The notes below the pieces were generated by a model. It saw only the letters and a program-made list of their open reading frames with translations, ran no database searches and was not told the origin of the DNA. DNA of 64,000 bases from Elsinoe ampelina (taxonomy: Eukaryota). Positions 13,276 through 25,499 of this stretch are shown one piece after another (within the stretch, counting starts at the first letter, position 1; each line of letters begins with the position of its first letter). The DNA lies in NCBI GenBank assembly GCA_010093995.1, contig ML992510.1, forward strand, positions 261,504 to 325,503, in the 5' to 3' direction. The translations under genes were made by a program, and so were the position numbers.

Positions 13276-15310
13276 TAGCAAGCGAGCAGTCATTATCCAG
13301 TCATCAAATACCCCATCGTCAGCGATCAACCCCCCCAACCGAAGCGCCGAATCTCAAACATCCTCGGAGGCATTTTCTTGTAGTCAGTCACGCGAGCGAG
13401 TTGGTCATTTGCACTTCTATCTTGGAGCCTTTTGGGAAGCGCAAGTGAGGGAAAAGCAGGTTGCTTAGCGAATGTGTCAAAAAGCCATGCAGCAAGAAGA
13501 GAAGCGTGTGATACAGCAGCAGGAAGCGTCGTGTAAAATTACTTTAATAGGCTATTTCGAGTTTTTCTCCTAGTTGCCTCTCTTTCCAAGTGTCCATCAG
13601 AGTACGATCTTGTCGCAAGCATTTGCTTCATCGACACGAGCAACGGTGTCTGATCTGTAACTACCAGGACAGCCACACCACTCTGACTACGCAACAGCTA
13701 TCGACATTGAGGACGCAGGCCAGTCACTGACTTACAGGCATTTCCCGTGTCTTGGAGGAAGGCTACAAGGATCATTTGGCCTCTCCTGGACACGTGAGTG
13801 ACGAACTGATATCGAATGTGCAAACCAGCAAGCCCCATGGGTTCCAAGTGCATCCTGCGATGCCGAGAGCATGGTTAAAGCCAGAGGCTGCTGCAAAAGC
13901 AGGAGAAGTAAATTGGCCATGCATTCAATCTCAGCCAACACTGGTGCAACCAAGCTCGGCCACAGCTATGCATCTCAGCTTCTACACCCCGTTCCTGTGC
14001 CCAGAGTCAGGCATCAGCCATCCCGCATGACCATATATAGAAGCCGGCTCATCAAGTATGGTTCATGAAGCTTGCCGTGGGATTAAGTCCAAGTCGCCGC
14101 GTGTGGTCATACGCAGACCTGGCGAGATCCCTGTCCATAGCAACTCGAAGCAGATCATGGCTATAACAGGCCTAATGTGCTCGGTAGTGGAAGCGAGTCA
14201 ATTTCAAAGCCACAACCGCAGTGCATCTCCAGTCGGAGCCGGCCAGAGTGCGCAAGTCCGCATGGCGCAAGATTGATCGAGTGTACTCCGTACTATGCCC
14301 TTGGCGGACATTAGCAACAGAGTTAATTAGCAACAACCGAGCCCCACGGCGGTCAGCCATGTGAACCATGCCAGGAGACATGGAAAGTTTGGGACGAGCA
14401 GCTCAACGAGGAGAACCAGACTTTTTTGCATTCTTCCGTGTCAAAGACAGAAGATAGTCGGTGAAGATAACCTCGGTCGATCTGTCTGTGAGCCGTACCA
14501 GAGATGCTGGGACAGTGGGAATCAGGTCATGGTCTCTCTTTTTCCTCCGGCGGAAACTCCCATGTCCTCCTCCGCCTTGCCTGCTCCTCCTTCTCCGCGG
14601 CTAAAGTTCAACCACTCGACGCTTTGAAGTTTTCTCAAGCCAACAAAGCAAGCGACGAAATAGCAATTGAAACAAGCCGAAGAAACCAATTCTCTTCTCA
14701 TGCGAAAGTCATAGAGTGACTTCCTAATCCTGCCTGGTGTCGCCGCATTGAAGATCCCGGAACATCCTCTGGGCATTTCGGGGCACATTTTCCTATCGTC
14801 ATTGGACAGAACAGATTTAGTCACCTGCAGTCGCTCAACCCGACCTCCGCCGCATCGACCAAGCAAGACATCTGTTGCGCTTCCAGCGTGGGTGGGATTT
14901 GCTTCTCGCACCCACGCCTGCTTTACCAGTCGCCTGCCGTCGCCTGCAGTGTAGTCCGAGAGTAGAGGCTTAGGCGACGCCATTGTCCGCATTCTCCGCA
15001 CTCCTGGAAACGAGCTCATATCCATCTTACGTCTTGAACATCTTTCTCAATCCCTTATACGGGCGTCGACTCCTCGAGCGTCTATCCCACGCTCGCGGCC
15101 ACTTGCGACCGCATCGAACAGCTACAAGCACTGATCATCGCTCTCTGAATCCTTTGCCTAGTTCGGGCCAACATTTCTGCAGGATTATACTGCATGACCT
15201 GCTGAGCACCCAAAGTGTCCCATCCTCGGGGGCTTCTTCTGCCACCCGCGGCACAAAGGTTTCTGGACTCGACAACGACTTGAGACCCGACCAAAGTCGA
15301 AGAGGAGGAT

Positions 15311-17632
15311 ATGAATACGCACAGAGAACCGTCATGGCCGAGGGAAGGCTCCGTCGACCAGCTGGTCCCTCAAGACCTAGACTTTTCCTCTATACTAGCC
15401 ATGGACGATGCGGACGGCTTGAACTTCACACTCCCTGACCTCGATGGCTCCAACAATTCGACCCAATTCGCCGTGCAGCACCCGAACACGCCCTTCAATG
15501 GTGACATCTCTGGTATGCAGCGGGGTACTGTGGCGCATGACTTTGCGCAACCCAGCTGGGACATCACCATGGACATGGACACTACCGATGTTCTTGGGGC
15601 TGCACAGGGTAGCCAAGAGGACCTTCAAGCATTCCAGAACCAAATGGGACAGCAGATTTGGAACACCACTCCCCAACAGCACTCACAAGAAGCTCAGATT
15701 GGCAACATTGTCTACCGACACCCCCACCAGATACCTCCCACACCGAATAGCTATGAGCTACATGGTGGGGACGCTGCACAGTATGCGCAACAGATGGCGC
15801 AACGCCGCGCGTTCGTCGAGCAGCAGATACAGCAACACATGATGGGACAAGGGAAACGGGACAACTTCACTCCACTGGTCTCGCCTGCGGTGACACCACA
15901 AGACACGACCTTCCAACATCACACCGACTATGGCAACAGTGCTTATTTCAGCCCCCTCACGTCCCCCGCACTTCAAGCCCAGAATGCTGCACAGCAATAT
16001 CGCACATCACAGGGAACGCAACCGAGTACTGCACGAACTTCGGCAGCGACTTCACCAGTCACCAACGATCCTGATATCGACATGTTCACCGGAACCGGTG
16101 GAAATGGGAGTCACACAACCGAGCGGTCCCGTAAGCCGACCAAGAAGGCTACAACCAGGTCGGTCGGCTCGAGGTCAGGCGTGCGATCAAGTCCGGTCAC
16201 AAAGCCTCAGAAACGCAAGTCAGCGGCTCTGAACATATCCATGTCGACCAACGAGCTTGGCAATTTGTTACAGGATCCGCAGCTTCAGCAGCTCAGCAAT
16301 TCTCTGCGTGCCGGAGCGTCAACGGACGGATCTGGCGCAGGCTCGATATCCCCTGAACCTCTGTCAGAAGCCTTGATGGGTCCGCCTCCACGACCTGGAT
16401 CTGGCTCGACCATGCAGTCACCCACCATCTATGCACAACCACACCATACGCCATCAAGATTGAAAGAGTCAAATGCCCCAGCCACGCCAGCTTCGCTAAT
16501 GTCTATTGATAATCCTCGCAACGTGAACGGCAAGACACCCATGACTGGTTCCGGTCGGACTATCCCCCTGGCAAACCTCGATCATTCAGGACTTGACGAC
16601 TTTGCTCTACCACCAGCAGTCGCGAACAATTCGACGCTCGACTCCGCCAATGCCACGCCGCGAATCACTGCTGCGCGAAAAACTCCCAAGCTCGGCCCAC
16701 TGGGCTCGGCTGGTGGTCGCATATCTGCTACTTCGAGTCCAGCCATCTCCGCCATTGCATCTCCGTCAAGTGCCACCACGCCTCACTTTCCCAAGGATGC
16801 TCGCGCACGGCACAGCAAGAAGAGAGGGAGCGTCAGTGGAGGCTCGCAAATGGTGTCTCCGGCTCTGCGCCCAAAGATCAGTCCGAGCATCAAACCTCTC
16901 CTACCTGATGGTGGTAAGCAGACCCGTCTTCCTCGAAGTTCAACCATACTAACGTCTCCAGCCACGACCGAACAGACGCAAGCGTACCTCCTTGCTTCGA
17001 AATCCAACTACACCCATCTGCTCGAAGGCACTCTACTGCCCGGCGTCTCGTACCCAGAATCTCTGTCATCCGGCCTTACCTCCAAACGCACTTCCCACAA
17101 GATCGCTGAGCAAGGTCGCCGCAATCGCATCAACGAGGCATTGAAAGAGATGCAGTCCTTACTTCCGCCACCAGCTGTTCGGAAGAAGGGTGACAAAGAC
17201 GGCGAAAGCCCCGACGTGAACGGCACCGATGACAAGGCCGATGACGACAACTCGAAAGACGACGCCCCGACCCCAGCGCCCGCCACAGCCAAGAACTCCA
17301 AGTCGAAAGCCAAAGGCAGCCCCAACCCCAGCACGAACGGCAAAGCCTCCAATCCCGCCTCCACTGCCGCCGCCGAAGCCAAGGCTGCAAACAGTAAAGC
17401 CGCCACTGTCGAGAGCGCCATTGTCTACATCAAAGCACTGCAGCAAGAACGCGTCAGTATGGCTGAGAAGATGGTCGAGAAAGACAAGGAGATGAGTGAG
17501 TTGCGAAAGAGGCTGAGAGAGGTGGAATTCAAGCTCAAGAGTCCGGAGCTGGATGGAGAGGCAATGGAGGCGGTCGAGGAGGTGGCGGAAGACGAAGCCG
17601 TGGGGAAGAGTGAGGATGTGGAGGGCTCGTGA
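15311..17632 (+). CDS. bHLH phosphate-acquisition regulator, Pho4/NUC-1/PalcA-like
   Basis: FTPLVSPAVTP, YFSPLTSPAL, PATPASLM, SPALRPKISPSIKPLLP, LLASKSNY, and basic region SKRTSHKIAEQGRRNRINEALKEM...SKAATVESAIVYIKAL. Probable 48-nt intron at 16914-16961. Confidence 0.88.
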   Translation: MNTHREPSWPREGSVDQLVPQDLDFSSILAMDDADGLNFTLPDLDGSNNSTQFAVQHPNTPFNGDISGMQRGTVAHDFAQPSWDITMDMDTTDVLGAAQGSQEDLQAFQNQMGQQIWNTTPQQHSQEAQIGNIVYRHPHQIPPTPNSYELHGGDAAQYAQQMAQRRAFVEQQIQQHMMGQGKRDNFTPLVSPAVTPQDTTFQHHTDYGNSAYFSPLTSPALQAQNAAQQYRTSQGTQPSTARTSAATSPVTNDPDIDMFTGTGGNGSHTTERSRKPTKKATTRSVGSRSGVRSSPVTKPQKRKSAALNISMSTNELGNLLQDPQLQQLSNSLRAGASTDGSGAGSISPEPLSEALMGPPPRPGSGSTMQSPTIYAQPHHTPSRLKESNAPATPASLMSIDNPRNVNGKTPMTGSGRTIPLANLDHSGLDDFALPPAVANNSTLDSANATPRITAARKTPKLGPLGSAGGRISATSSPAISAIASPSSATTPHFPKDARARHSKKRGSVSGGSQMVSPALRPKISPSIKPLLPDGGKQTRLPRSSTILTSPATTEQTQAYLLASKSNYTHLLEGTLLPGVSYPESLSSGLTSKRTSHKIAEQGRRNRINEALKEMQSLLPPPAVRKKGDKDGESPDVNGTDDKADDDNSKDDAPTPAPATAKNSKSKAKGSPNPSTNGKASNPASTAAAEAKAANSKAATVESAIVYIKALQQERVSMAEKMVEKDKEMSELRKRLREVEFKLKSPELDGEAMEAVEEVAEDEAVGKSEDVEGS

Positions 17633-18236
17633 CAGTAGTGCTGGCGGGGGCCGAAGCTAATGGCGTTATGACTGGGGATGCAATTGATTGATTATTAGAC
17701 TGGGATGATACCATACGCTGCGAGGAGGCGGTAATGTTTGTACATGACATTCGCGAATAGCTCGCCCATTGGGCATACATCCGTTGTAGAGACTTGAATG
17801 AATAATATCGTCTTCCAATGCATCGTCGACTTCTCATGAGTGTTTCTGCTTATTCAAGATCATGTTGACGATGCTAGAACTAGTCGTCCGCCCTTCCATG
17901 ACTTGTTGTCTATCACTTGAGCTGCATCTCTTGGTTTTGATCCGTCCAGTGATTATTCAGCATATCCTCGCCTGTTCTTCATGGAAAGATCATGAGCATA
18001 AGCGTGTCCTCGTAGTCATCGTCTGGTCTCTGAGGAAACAAAAGAAGCTCGCATGTTTGCCCCTTGAAGCCTTGAGTCTCTCAGCTTAGATTCAAGGCAA
18101 GTTCCATTCCCTTTCATGCAAGTCTCTGTAATGACTTTCCTCGGAGAGGACGCAACCTATAAGGACTCTATCCCCCTGACATAGAAACACATACGAACCT
18201 CCTGACAGGTGACAGTCTCCTCTGGGCCGATCTTGT

Positions 18237-18262
18237 CACGTGATCAATTCACCTTTCACGTG
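18237..18262. promoter_or_regulatory. Two CACGTG E-boxes 20 bp apart
   Basis: CACGTG at 18237-18242 and 18257-18262, followed by a pyrimidine-rich tract typical of fungal promoters/5' UTRs. CACGTG is the core site for Pho4/Cbf1-type bHLH factors. Confidence 0.4.
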
Positions 18263-18776
18263 CCACTCACCCCTCCCATCTCCTTCTATCCACACAAATA
18301 CCTCCGGAAAACCTTCTTCTCTGTCTAGACTCGAACCCTCGCCCTCTCCAGGCATTTGGACATGTCTTTGTACTTCAACCAGCGATGTGACACTTGACAA
18401 TCCGTCTTACCGCTTTTGGACAGGTATTTCAGCTCAGAACAGCCGTGCTTGCCCGCGCCCGATTCCACATATTGTATCCCGACTCGTCCCTGTCCAGCCC
18501 ATCCTTTGGGAGCTTCCATACGGATGTCTATGGGGATGCATTTGTTTGGTTCGTGCAGAGAGGGTGTCTATACAGAGCGTCTAGGTAAAGCATCCGAAGA
18601 GCCTTAAGAACGTCTATTACAAGGAAAAGCTCCTTGGCCTCGTAGAATCCACACCAGCGAATATCATAGGGAAAGCCTCCATGCCAGATCTGACAAGACC
18701 AGCGAACCAAACGTAAGAGTAACGAACATACCAGACAAGTGAAGTATCAATCCCTGGCATCCTACCTACCCCTTCC

Positions 18777-19124
18777 ATGGCAACCAGCACCTATCCTCCC
18801 CTGTATCCATACACAGTAACTCAGCATGATGGCAGGAGGGCAGAAAAAAAAATAGACGACACCCCCGTCGACACCACCACCCCTCTCGCTCCCCCGTGGG
18901 CAGCCCCCTCTGAGTCAGAGAATACAATGCAACCGGTACCACAGACGCCGAACGAGAGCCGAATGGCACCACAACCCAACCGTGAACCCCGCCTCGCACC
19001 TGAGAAAAATGACAAAGAACAAGGAGGTGAGCGCATTCTTGAATTGGACAGGGGAACCCGGGCACGCAGCGGAGGTTTTAGGGGGAATTATACACCAGAC
19101 CACGCGCCTTACACGTTGCCGTAG
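18777..19124 (+). CDS. Hypothetical short Pro/Thr-rich protein
   Basis: 115-aa ORF with ATG, no recognisable domain. A competing spliced minus-strand model also exists (ATG 19369). Confidence 0.25.
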   Translation: MATSTYPPLYPYTVTQHDGRRAEKKIDDTPVDTTTPLAPPWAAPSESENTMQPVPQTPNESRMAPQPNREPRLAPEKNDKEQGGERILELDRGTRARSGGFRGNYTPDHAPYTLP

Positions 19125-19155
19125 GATGGCAACACGTTCCCGTAGGATGGGAACG
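19111..19155. repeat. 21-bp tandem duplication forming two hairpins
   Basis: ACACGTTGCCGTAGGATGGCA / ACACGTTCCCGTAGGATGGGA; each copy is an inverted repeat around GTAGGAT. Confidence 0.8.
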
Positions 19156-19604
19156 GCAGGGGACGTTCTGGGGGGAAGTGTGCAGGTGCAGGGCGGTACG
19201 AGGGGGTTGGTTCTTTTGGGGGGCACATCTGGGATGTGCTAGCCGTTGGGCCAGGTTGGGTGTGGAAATGGAAGTTTTTCACTTCCGACGGGATTTTTAG
19301 GTGCCGTGGGTGGATGGGGCGGGTTCGTGGGAATAAATAGCTTGGTGAGAAGGAGGGAGACTTGGGCATGTGAAAGAGGGTGGTTAGGGGTGGGAGGGTG
19401 GGAGAGGTGGGAGCTTGATGGTGATTGTATGGTGGGATTGCTGTGATACTGCACAGTGAGGCTGTGCTGATTGGAGTGGTGAGGTTGGACAGTGATGCTG
19501 AGTGATGGCTATACAGAGCATCTGTAGGTGGTGGGCCCGTCGTGAGGATTTGTTATGCTCTGTCGTCGCATGGATTCACTTGCACGGCTAGTGCAGCGCT
19601 GCCG

Positions 19605-19654
19605 ACAATGAGATGTCCACGATGCGATGAGATGTCCACGATACAATGAGATGT
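19605..19654. repeat. 19-bp tandem repeat, ~2.5 copies
   Basis: acaatgagatgtccacgat gcgatgagatgtccacgat acaatgagatgt. Confidence 0.8.
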
Positions 19655-19933
19655 TGAGAAGCATACTTACTTGGCGAGGACATGATGTTCACTTTCAATT
19701 GTCAGTTCAAGGATATCATCTCTATCTCGTTGGCGCCTCTTCAACACAACGGCCACCTTCGGTCGCACCGCCTTGAGTCGCCTGAGCTGATCGCTACATA
19801 CACTTTGCTGGGTATCACTATTGTCTGACTGAACTTCTCCAATCGACATCCTGCGTCAATCCTCTGCTTGATTATTGCACTCTCCCCGCAATTCTGCCAG
19901 TATCATGCCGCGAGCTAAACAATCCTTCGCCAC

Positions 19934-20584
19934 TTAATCACTGTAGCTACCACTCCTGCTCGAATAGCTCCGACTTCTGCTCCTCGGACTCCTCTTTCTG
20001 ACCGGACTCCTGCTCCTTCGCGGACTTCTACTCCTATCGCTCACGCTCTCGCTGCGTCCCCTTCTCGGCGCAGCTTTTCTCTCCGGCTCTGGTCCCCTCG
20101 CCTTCTGCACTTCTGCCTCCTTCTTCCTCTCCTCTTGTAACCGCCAATGACTTCCCTCCTGATAGTCCTTTGAGATCCCCAGCGCTCTTCTCAGCTTCTC
20201 ATCCTCCTGTATCTTCGCCCTCGCAATCTCATGCACTTGGTGACTCTTTAGCCTACCCCGATCGCCTTTGCCCCCTACGCTTTGCTGACTGCGCTCATCT
20301 TCTGCTTGTAATTTCTTCCTTAGAGCGTCGCATGCATCGTCGATCTCATCTTCGTCTTTGCCTTCGTCTTCTAGCTTGTCCCGGAGCTCGAATACCTTGA
20401 CTTCGATCTGCCGCCGCCGGTCGTGCTCGAGGATTGCGGCGTCTGGTTGGCGCGTGTGATGTGATTGAAAGTCGGCGGGCTTTTCGTTGAAGTTGTCGCG
20501 AGGTTTGAGAAAGGCAGAGGATCGCTGGACGTAACCTGATGTGCCGGATCCTCGAGGGGTGGAGAGTCCTACGTTGGAGGACAT
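19934..20584 (-). CDS. CWC21: Pre-mRNA splicing factor Cwc21 (SRm300-like)
   Basis: MSSNVGLSTPRGSGTSGYVQR N-terminus, ILEHDRRRQIEVKVFELRDKLED cwf21 domain, RS-rich tail; single exon. Confidence 0.95.
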   Translation of the reverse strand: MSSNVGLSTPRGSGTSGYVQRSSAFLKPRDNFNEKPADFQSHHTRQPDAAILEHDRRRQIEVKVFELRDKLEDEGKDEDEIDDACDALRKKLQAEDERSQQSVGGKGDRGRLKSHQVHEIARAKIQEDEKLRRALGISKDYQEGSHWRLQEERKKEAEVQKARGPEPERKAAPRRGRSESVSDRSRSPRRSRSPVRKRSPRSRSRSYSSRSGSYSD

Positions 20585-21136
20585 TGCAGGGATTAAGTTG
20601 AGGAAGGGGAGGTGGTGTTGCGCCGCCAGAAGAGCCAAAGACGATCTACAGGAGATAGATAGAATTAGTGCGACAGATCTGACTCCAAGTCGGCATGAGT
20701 AAATCTTCTGTGGTGACAAGACAGAAGCCGTCTTCACATGTTGACGAGGTGAACTCAGGAAATGGCCTGTGCTTGCGACTCTGCATAAATAATTTATGCC
20801 TCCCCACCCCACTTCCTTTCATCCCCCCCTACTACTAACACAACCTCGCCCACTCTCCCGTTTCATCCTCGTCTTTTGTCACCTCGGTCGCGTCTAGACG
20901 CTATGCTTCCGTGCTACGTGTTATGGACACAAATATTGCTACCTCTCTCCAATTACAGCACCTACCAGACAGTTACTATGAACCTTGCAGATGGCCAGCT
21001 GCCGGCCACAACACACGACGCATCCCAAGTCTATTCCGTGCCAGATATCGAGTCGGATGAGTGTACTTCGGAACGAGCCCGTCAAGATTCGTGATGCTCG
21101 ATGAAGCTATTCAACACGTCCTCTGTCGCCCGCGAC

Positions 21137-21800
21137 TTAACAGACAGAGATACATGCCAGAACCGCTTGCTCTCTCAAGTCTGGCCTGAGAATTTCTTTC
21201 ATGTCGGCCTTACGCTTTAGGAGCTCTCTGTATCTTTCAGGGTAGCGGCGGGCACATTCCTTTGAAAGCCTGTCTAGGACGTGATGAGAACATGGGTATA
21301 AGTACTGCGAGGACTCTTCTCCACCAGATTGCTCCGTTCGTTGCGAGTGTTCGTTAGCAGATGATTTAGGCTGCGGAGATTCACTGCCTATAAGACAGGA
21401 TTGCATCCTTGCATCAGCTCTGTTCTTCTTCGCCCTTGCGCGTCGTGTCCAAACTTTGGTATTAATCTGAGCGACCTCAAGGACTCTGTCCACTTTCCGA
21501 TTGTTCGCATTGCGCCGACCGTTGTCCAATTCTGAACGACTAGGAAGAGACCTCCTTGCGGGACAACTGGAGCTTGTGGACCATAAATGGGATTGGTCTT
21601 TCGCAGTGCACCATGCCCGCTAGTTGAAGTCATTCGCAGCGGCGTTGAAAAGGCGCGTGAATGCTGGCCTTCAGGCGGATCAGTAGAGTGTCCTCTACCT
21701 TCACGCCTAGAGTGCTCAAATTCGTCATTCGTCTCGTACAATGTCTCCTAGGCGCCTCGCCGACGAGGCCTAGATATATCATCACCGCGGCGGCCATGTA
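21137..21800 (-). CDS. Hypothetical protein (probably spliced)
   Basis: Three overlapping minus-strand ORFs (21630-21815, 21388-21741, 21137-21529) in GC-balanced DNA; no recognisable domain. Confidence 0.25.
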
Positions 21801-22285
21801 GAAAGAGCTGCTCAAGCTGGTCGTATCGTGGATGCTGAGGATGGATGATCATAGCGATAGAGAAGCGTGGGTTGGGGACATGCAGTCTACGAGGATCTAG
21901 GATGATACTTATGATTGCTGCGAGTATGAGCGTCGAAGCCTATAGCGGTCGGTACGCGCTTTGCGAGGAACATAAACACACCGACAGGCAGACCTACAAA
22001 TCAAGGTATATAGACCTCAGCAGCAGAGATGGACTGGCATGGACAAGAAATGACCGAGGACTGACTGATACTCAACGTCAATAAGCTAGGCCATCTCTCC
22101 ATGTACGTGGTGACAGAGGAGCGAGCAATGTGTCAGAAGGGTGATGTGCTTCAGTAGATGCAGTCCTCGAGCGGGAGCTTGTGACTGATAACCATATACA
22201 TTGATTTTGCCCTTTCCATCAATCTGACCCAATTTCGGTTCTGATTCTTCTGGCACTTTGGCGGAGTGGTTGTAAGTGCTTCAAA

Positions 22286-24430
22286 CTAGGTCGTTGGGAG
22301 TCCCTCTAACAGGATCCAGAACGCGTTAGTCCTCCTCGGTCTTTGTCTGCATCTTGCAGTACTGATGTTTGGACAGGCGGGCCTGCTAAGCCCGTTCCTT
22401 CGGGAGCGGTACAGTCGTTTTGAGTTCAACCGAGCCACCACGGGCTTGGCGGTACTCTTCACCGACTTCTGCTCACCAAAATTGGCTAGCTGGAGGTCTA
22501 GAGAGAATATAGAGTTGAATAGCTTGACAACGCCGTCTATTTGAATAAAATTGAAGCTGAAAAAAGGTATAATAGACCAGTTAGTATACACTAACATTAC
22601 TAAATCATAGCTCGTAAGTGTCCTTCTTCTATAACTAACTATTGCTCTAGCTATATAAAGAAACCTTTAAGGGCAGTATAGGAGGCAATTACGATATCCT
22701 CTACTCCTCTGTTGTTACTACTAGTCTCTTCTTCTTTAAGGTACTTCTTAAGCTTATTAGAGGAGGTACTAGATAATCTTTATTGTGGTCTAACTATCTA
22801 GCTAAAGAGCTATATACTAGCGCTAGTATAGGTAGCACCTTATCTAGAGGTTATATCCGCTAACCTAGCTCTTTAGAGGCTTATAGAGCAAGCTATAAAC
22901 TAAGTTATACTACCTTTATAAGCTAGATCTTAGTAGCTATCTCTTTAATTAAGGTTTCTAACACCTATACTAGACTAGCTAAGATAGTTAATTAAGTTAG
23001 ATATAGTACTAGAGGAAGAGCTAGATACATAGGTAATAGAGGTGCTATAGTCGTCGTAAGTGCCAGAGTTACTAGAGACTAATTCTAGCGACTTAGATAT
23101 ACTCTATCTTAGTTAGATAGTAGAGGTAAGGCTAGTAGTAAAGCTTAGAAGTAAGACTCTATACTATAACGAGCGTGTGTTTAGCTAGCTAAGTAATCTA
23201 TCGTAGTTAGTACTAGCTAATTAGGCAGTAGAGAAGAGTAGTCTTATTACTTAAGCTATACTTAAGCTACTTTTACTTAATTATACTACTACCTATAAGC
23301 GTCTTAGTATATAGTAGCCATTTAGAGTAGCAATATTAGAGCTAGCTAAGATATAGAGGCTAGTTAATAAGCTCGAAGATTAGCTTACTAAAGATTACTA
23401 GTAGCTTAGGCTTAGCCTTACTACCGAGATAAAGAAGATACTAATAGCTATAAACTCTATAGCAAATTTAAGAGTTATATAACTACCTTTAACTATGCTA
23501 GTTCTAAGCTCTTTAATAGGTCTACTACTGCTGCCTTTATAGTAATTCTCCCTTAGATCGACGCTAGTAAGGATAGTATAAACTCTAGTAGCTAGTATAA
23601 CACTACTATCTTCGTAGGTAGTATAGCTAGCGCTACTATTATAAGGTCGAGGCTCGGCAACAAGCTAATTACATAGTGCGCTCGAGGGCGTAAATAGCAA
23701 TAAGGAGCCTTTATTAGAGTTAGTATAGACTTGTACTAATTGTAATTACTATAACTATAAGAGGTTATACTAGCGTATATTAACTAGTAAGTACTACTAG
23801 ATTATAACGGAGAATAAGTATACCTAGGCTACTACTATTCGCAATAGTAAAGCTACTATTAATCGTTCTCCTATAGGCCTTATATTAAGCCTTAATTGCT
23901 TAAAGGCCTCGAGGAGTATTAAAAGCGCTCTACTAACACTACTAACACTAACGCCTTTAGCGTCTTTAGCGCCTTTTATACTCCCTCTAACACCTATTAA
24001 CTATATTAATATTATAAACTCGATTGCTCCTTACTAGCTATAGTAGCGCTTAGGGCTTATAAACGACTTAAGATCCTTACCTATTACCTCTAAGGCCGAC
24101 CCTTACAAAGTTTTAACTAAATTCTTTAAGTAGATAAAGAGAAAGAAAAGCTTTAAAAGGGATATTTAGGTGCTAGATTAGGTTAAATTTAAGCTAAAGA
24201 AGGAGAATTACAACCTTAACAGCGTAAGAGGTATACGCTCGAATAGGTAGAGAGATACCTAGGCCTTTAATAAAGGCCTTCTATACTAGATTTAAAGCTA
24301 AATTAGCCCTTTTAAGCGCTAGTATCGCTCTAAGATAGTTATACGAGCTAGATCGAATTAAGCAAGTTAGATACCTTACTATCTTAGCGGTTAAAATAGA
24401 CACTTTTACCTAGTTTATAGTAGCTAATAT
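22286..24430 (-). pseudogene. RIP-inactivated unknown gene at the compartment boundary
   Basis: After restoring TAG/TAA to CAG/TGG/CAA, the minus strand reads as protein-like text (e.g. SSDKLEKYLKEEETGGNNRGVEDIVIASYTALKGFF). RIP density falls off toward 22286. Confidence 0.4.
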
Positions 24431-24599
24431 AGATACTAATTTACGTAGCGCAATAGACGATTTAACTAGCTTAGCGGCCGAGATAGATGTTAATCTAGTT
24501 CGGCTGCTAAACTAGACTTAGTTTATCTAACTCGGAGTAGTACACGTATAGTATAGAGTAGTCGTAGTAGTAGTAAAGAGTTTTTACTAAGTCTTAGTA

Positions 24600-24945
24600 T
24601 TAAACTTATTTAACATAAGCAATTTCTTATATACTAAATAGATCCCCTATAACCTTACGCTATATCTATAGCTCTTAAAGTGCGCCTTAGCGTATAGTCC
24701 GCTATATAAGTAGATAGCTAGCTCTAAGAAATTAGTGTATTTCTTATACCTAGCGACTAGATCGTAGTATTACTTTACCTACGCCTTTAGCACCGAGAAG
24801 AATTGCTTAATAGAATTAAAATCTAGCGAATAGAGCAGTAGGTATTTAAGGTATTTTCTATACTCTCATACTAGCTTCTTTACCTTATTACTCTAGTAGA
24901 TTAAAGTATTATCTATAACGAAGATTGTGTATTAAAGCCTTATAT
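24600..24945 (-). mobile_element. Tc1/mariner (IS630-like, DDE_3) transposase C-terminal fragment, RIP-degraded
   Basis: De-RIP translation IFVMDNASIH...LEYLPPYSPDFNPIEQFFSVLKAWVKR, the DDE_3 signature. Confidence 0.85.
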
Positions 24946-25499
24946 TAAAGCTATATATATCGTAATATAGAGAACACCTATCTAACTAAATAGTCCGTTA
25001 GTAGTAGAACTAATTACTATTAAGCTTTAGGCGTAAGCGCTATATAGAATATTTAAGTATATTACATAAGCGGAACTAGCTACTACTAAGTGCCGCTCTA
25101 ATACTAAGCTCTTATAATTACCTTCTCCTCTAGGAGAGCTATTCTTAGCTCTCGACTAGAAGTGTATAACGTGTAATGTTATTTAGAGGTAATATAGGTA
25201 TAAGGTAGTTAAGGCATTTTTATAAAGGCTTTATATATGTCTTATATAATGTCTAGTAGTAGTAGTTCTAGGAATCTAGTTCCTAGAGGGGCGTTTATCT
25301 AGTCGCTATAGTACTAAAGCTAATTAGCAGTAATAATATTACTTTTCTTAGAATTTCTAGTAGTATCGTAGGAGACGTACGCTTTACGCTAGTAGCTATA
25401 ACAAAGATATAGTACACTAGAGGTTAGTCTATATAATTTTATTATTTCTTCTTATATTCTCCTTTTCTACCTAAAACATATCTATATTTTATTAACCTC

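Noticed and set aside
17640..19930. Telomerase RNA candidate in the ~2 kb gene-poor interval
   Set aside because: No template of about 1.5 TTAGGG repeats (e.g. TAACCCTAA) on either strand; only an isolated GTTAGGG near 19383.
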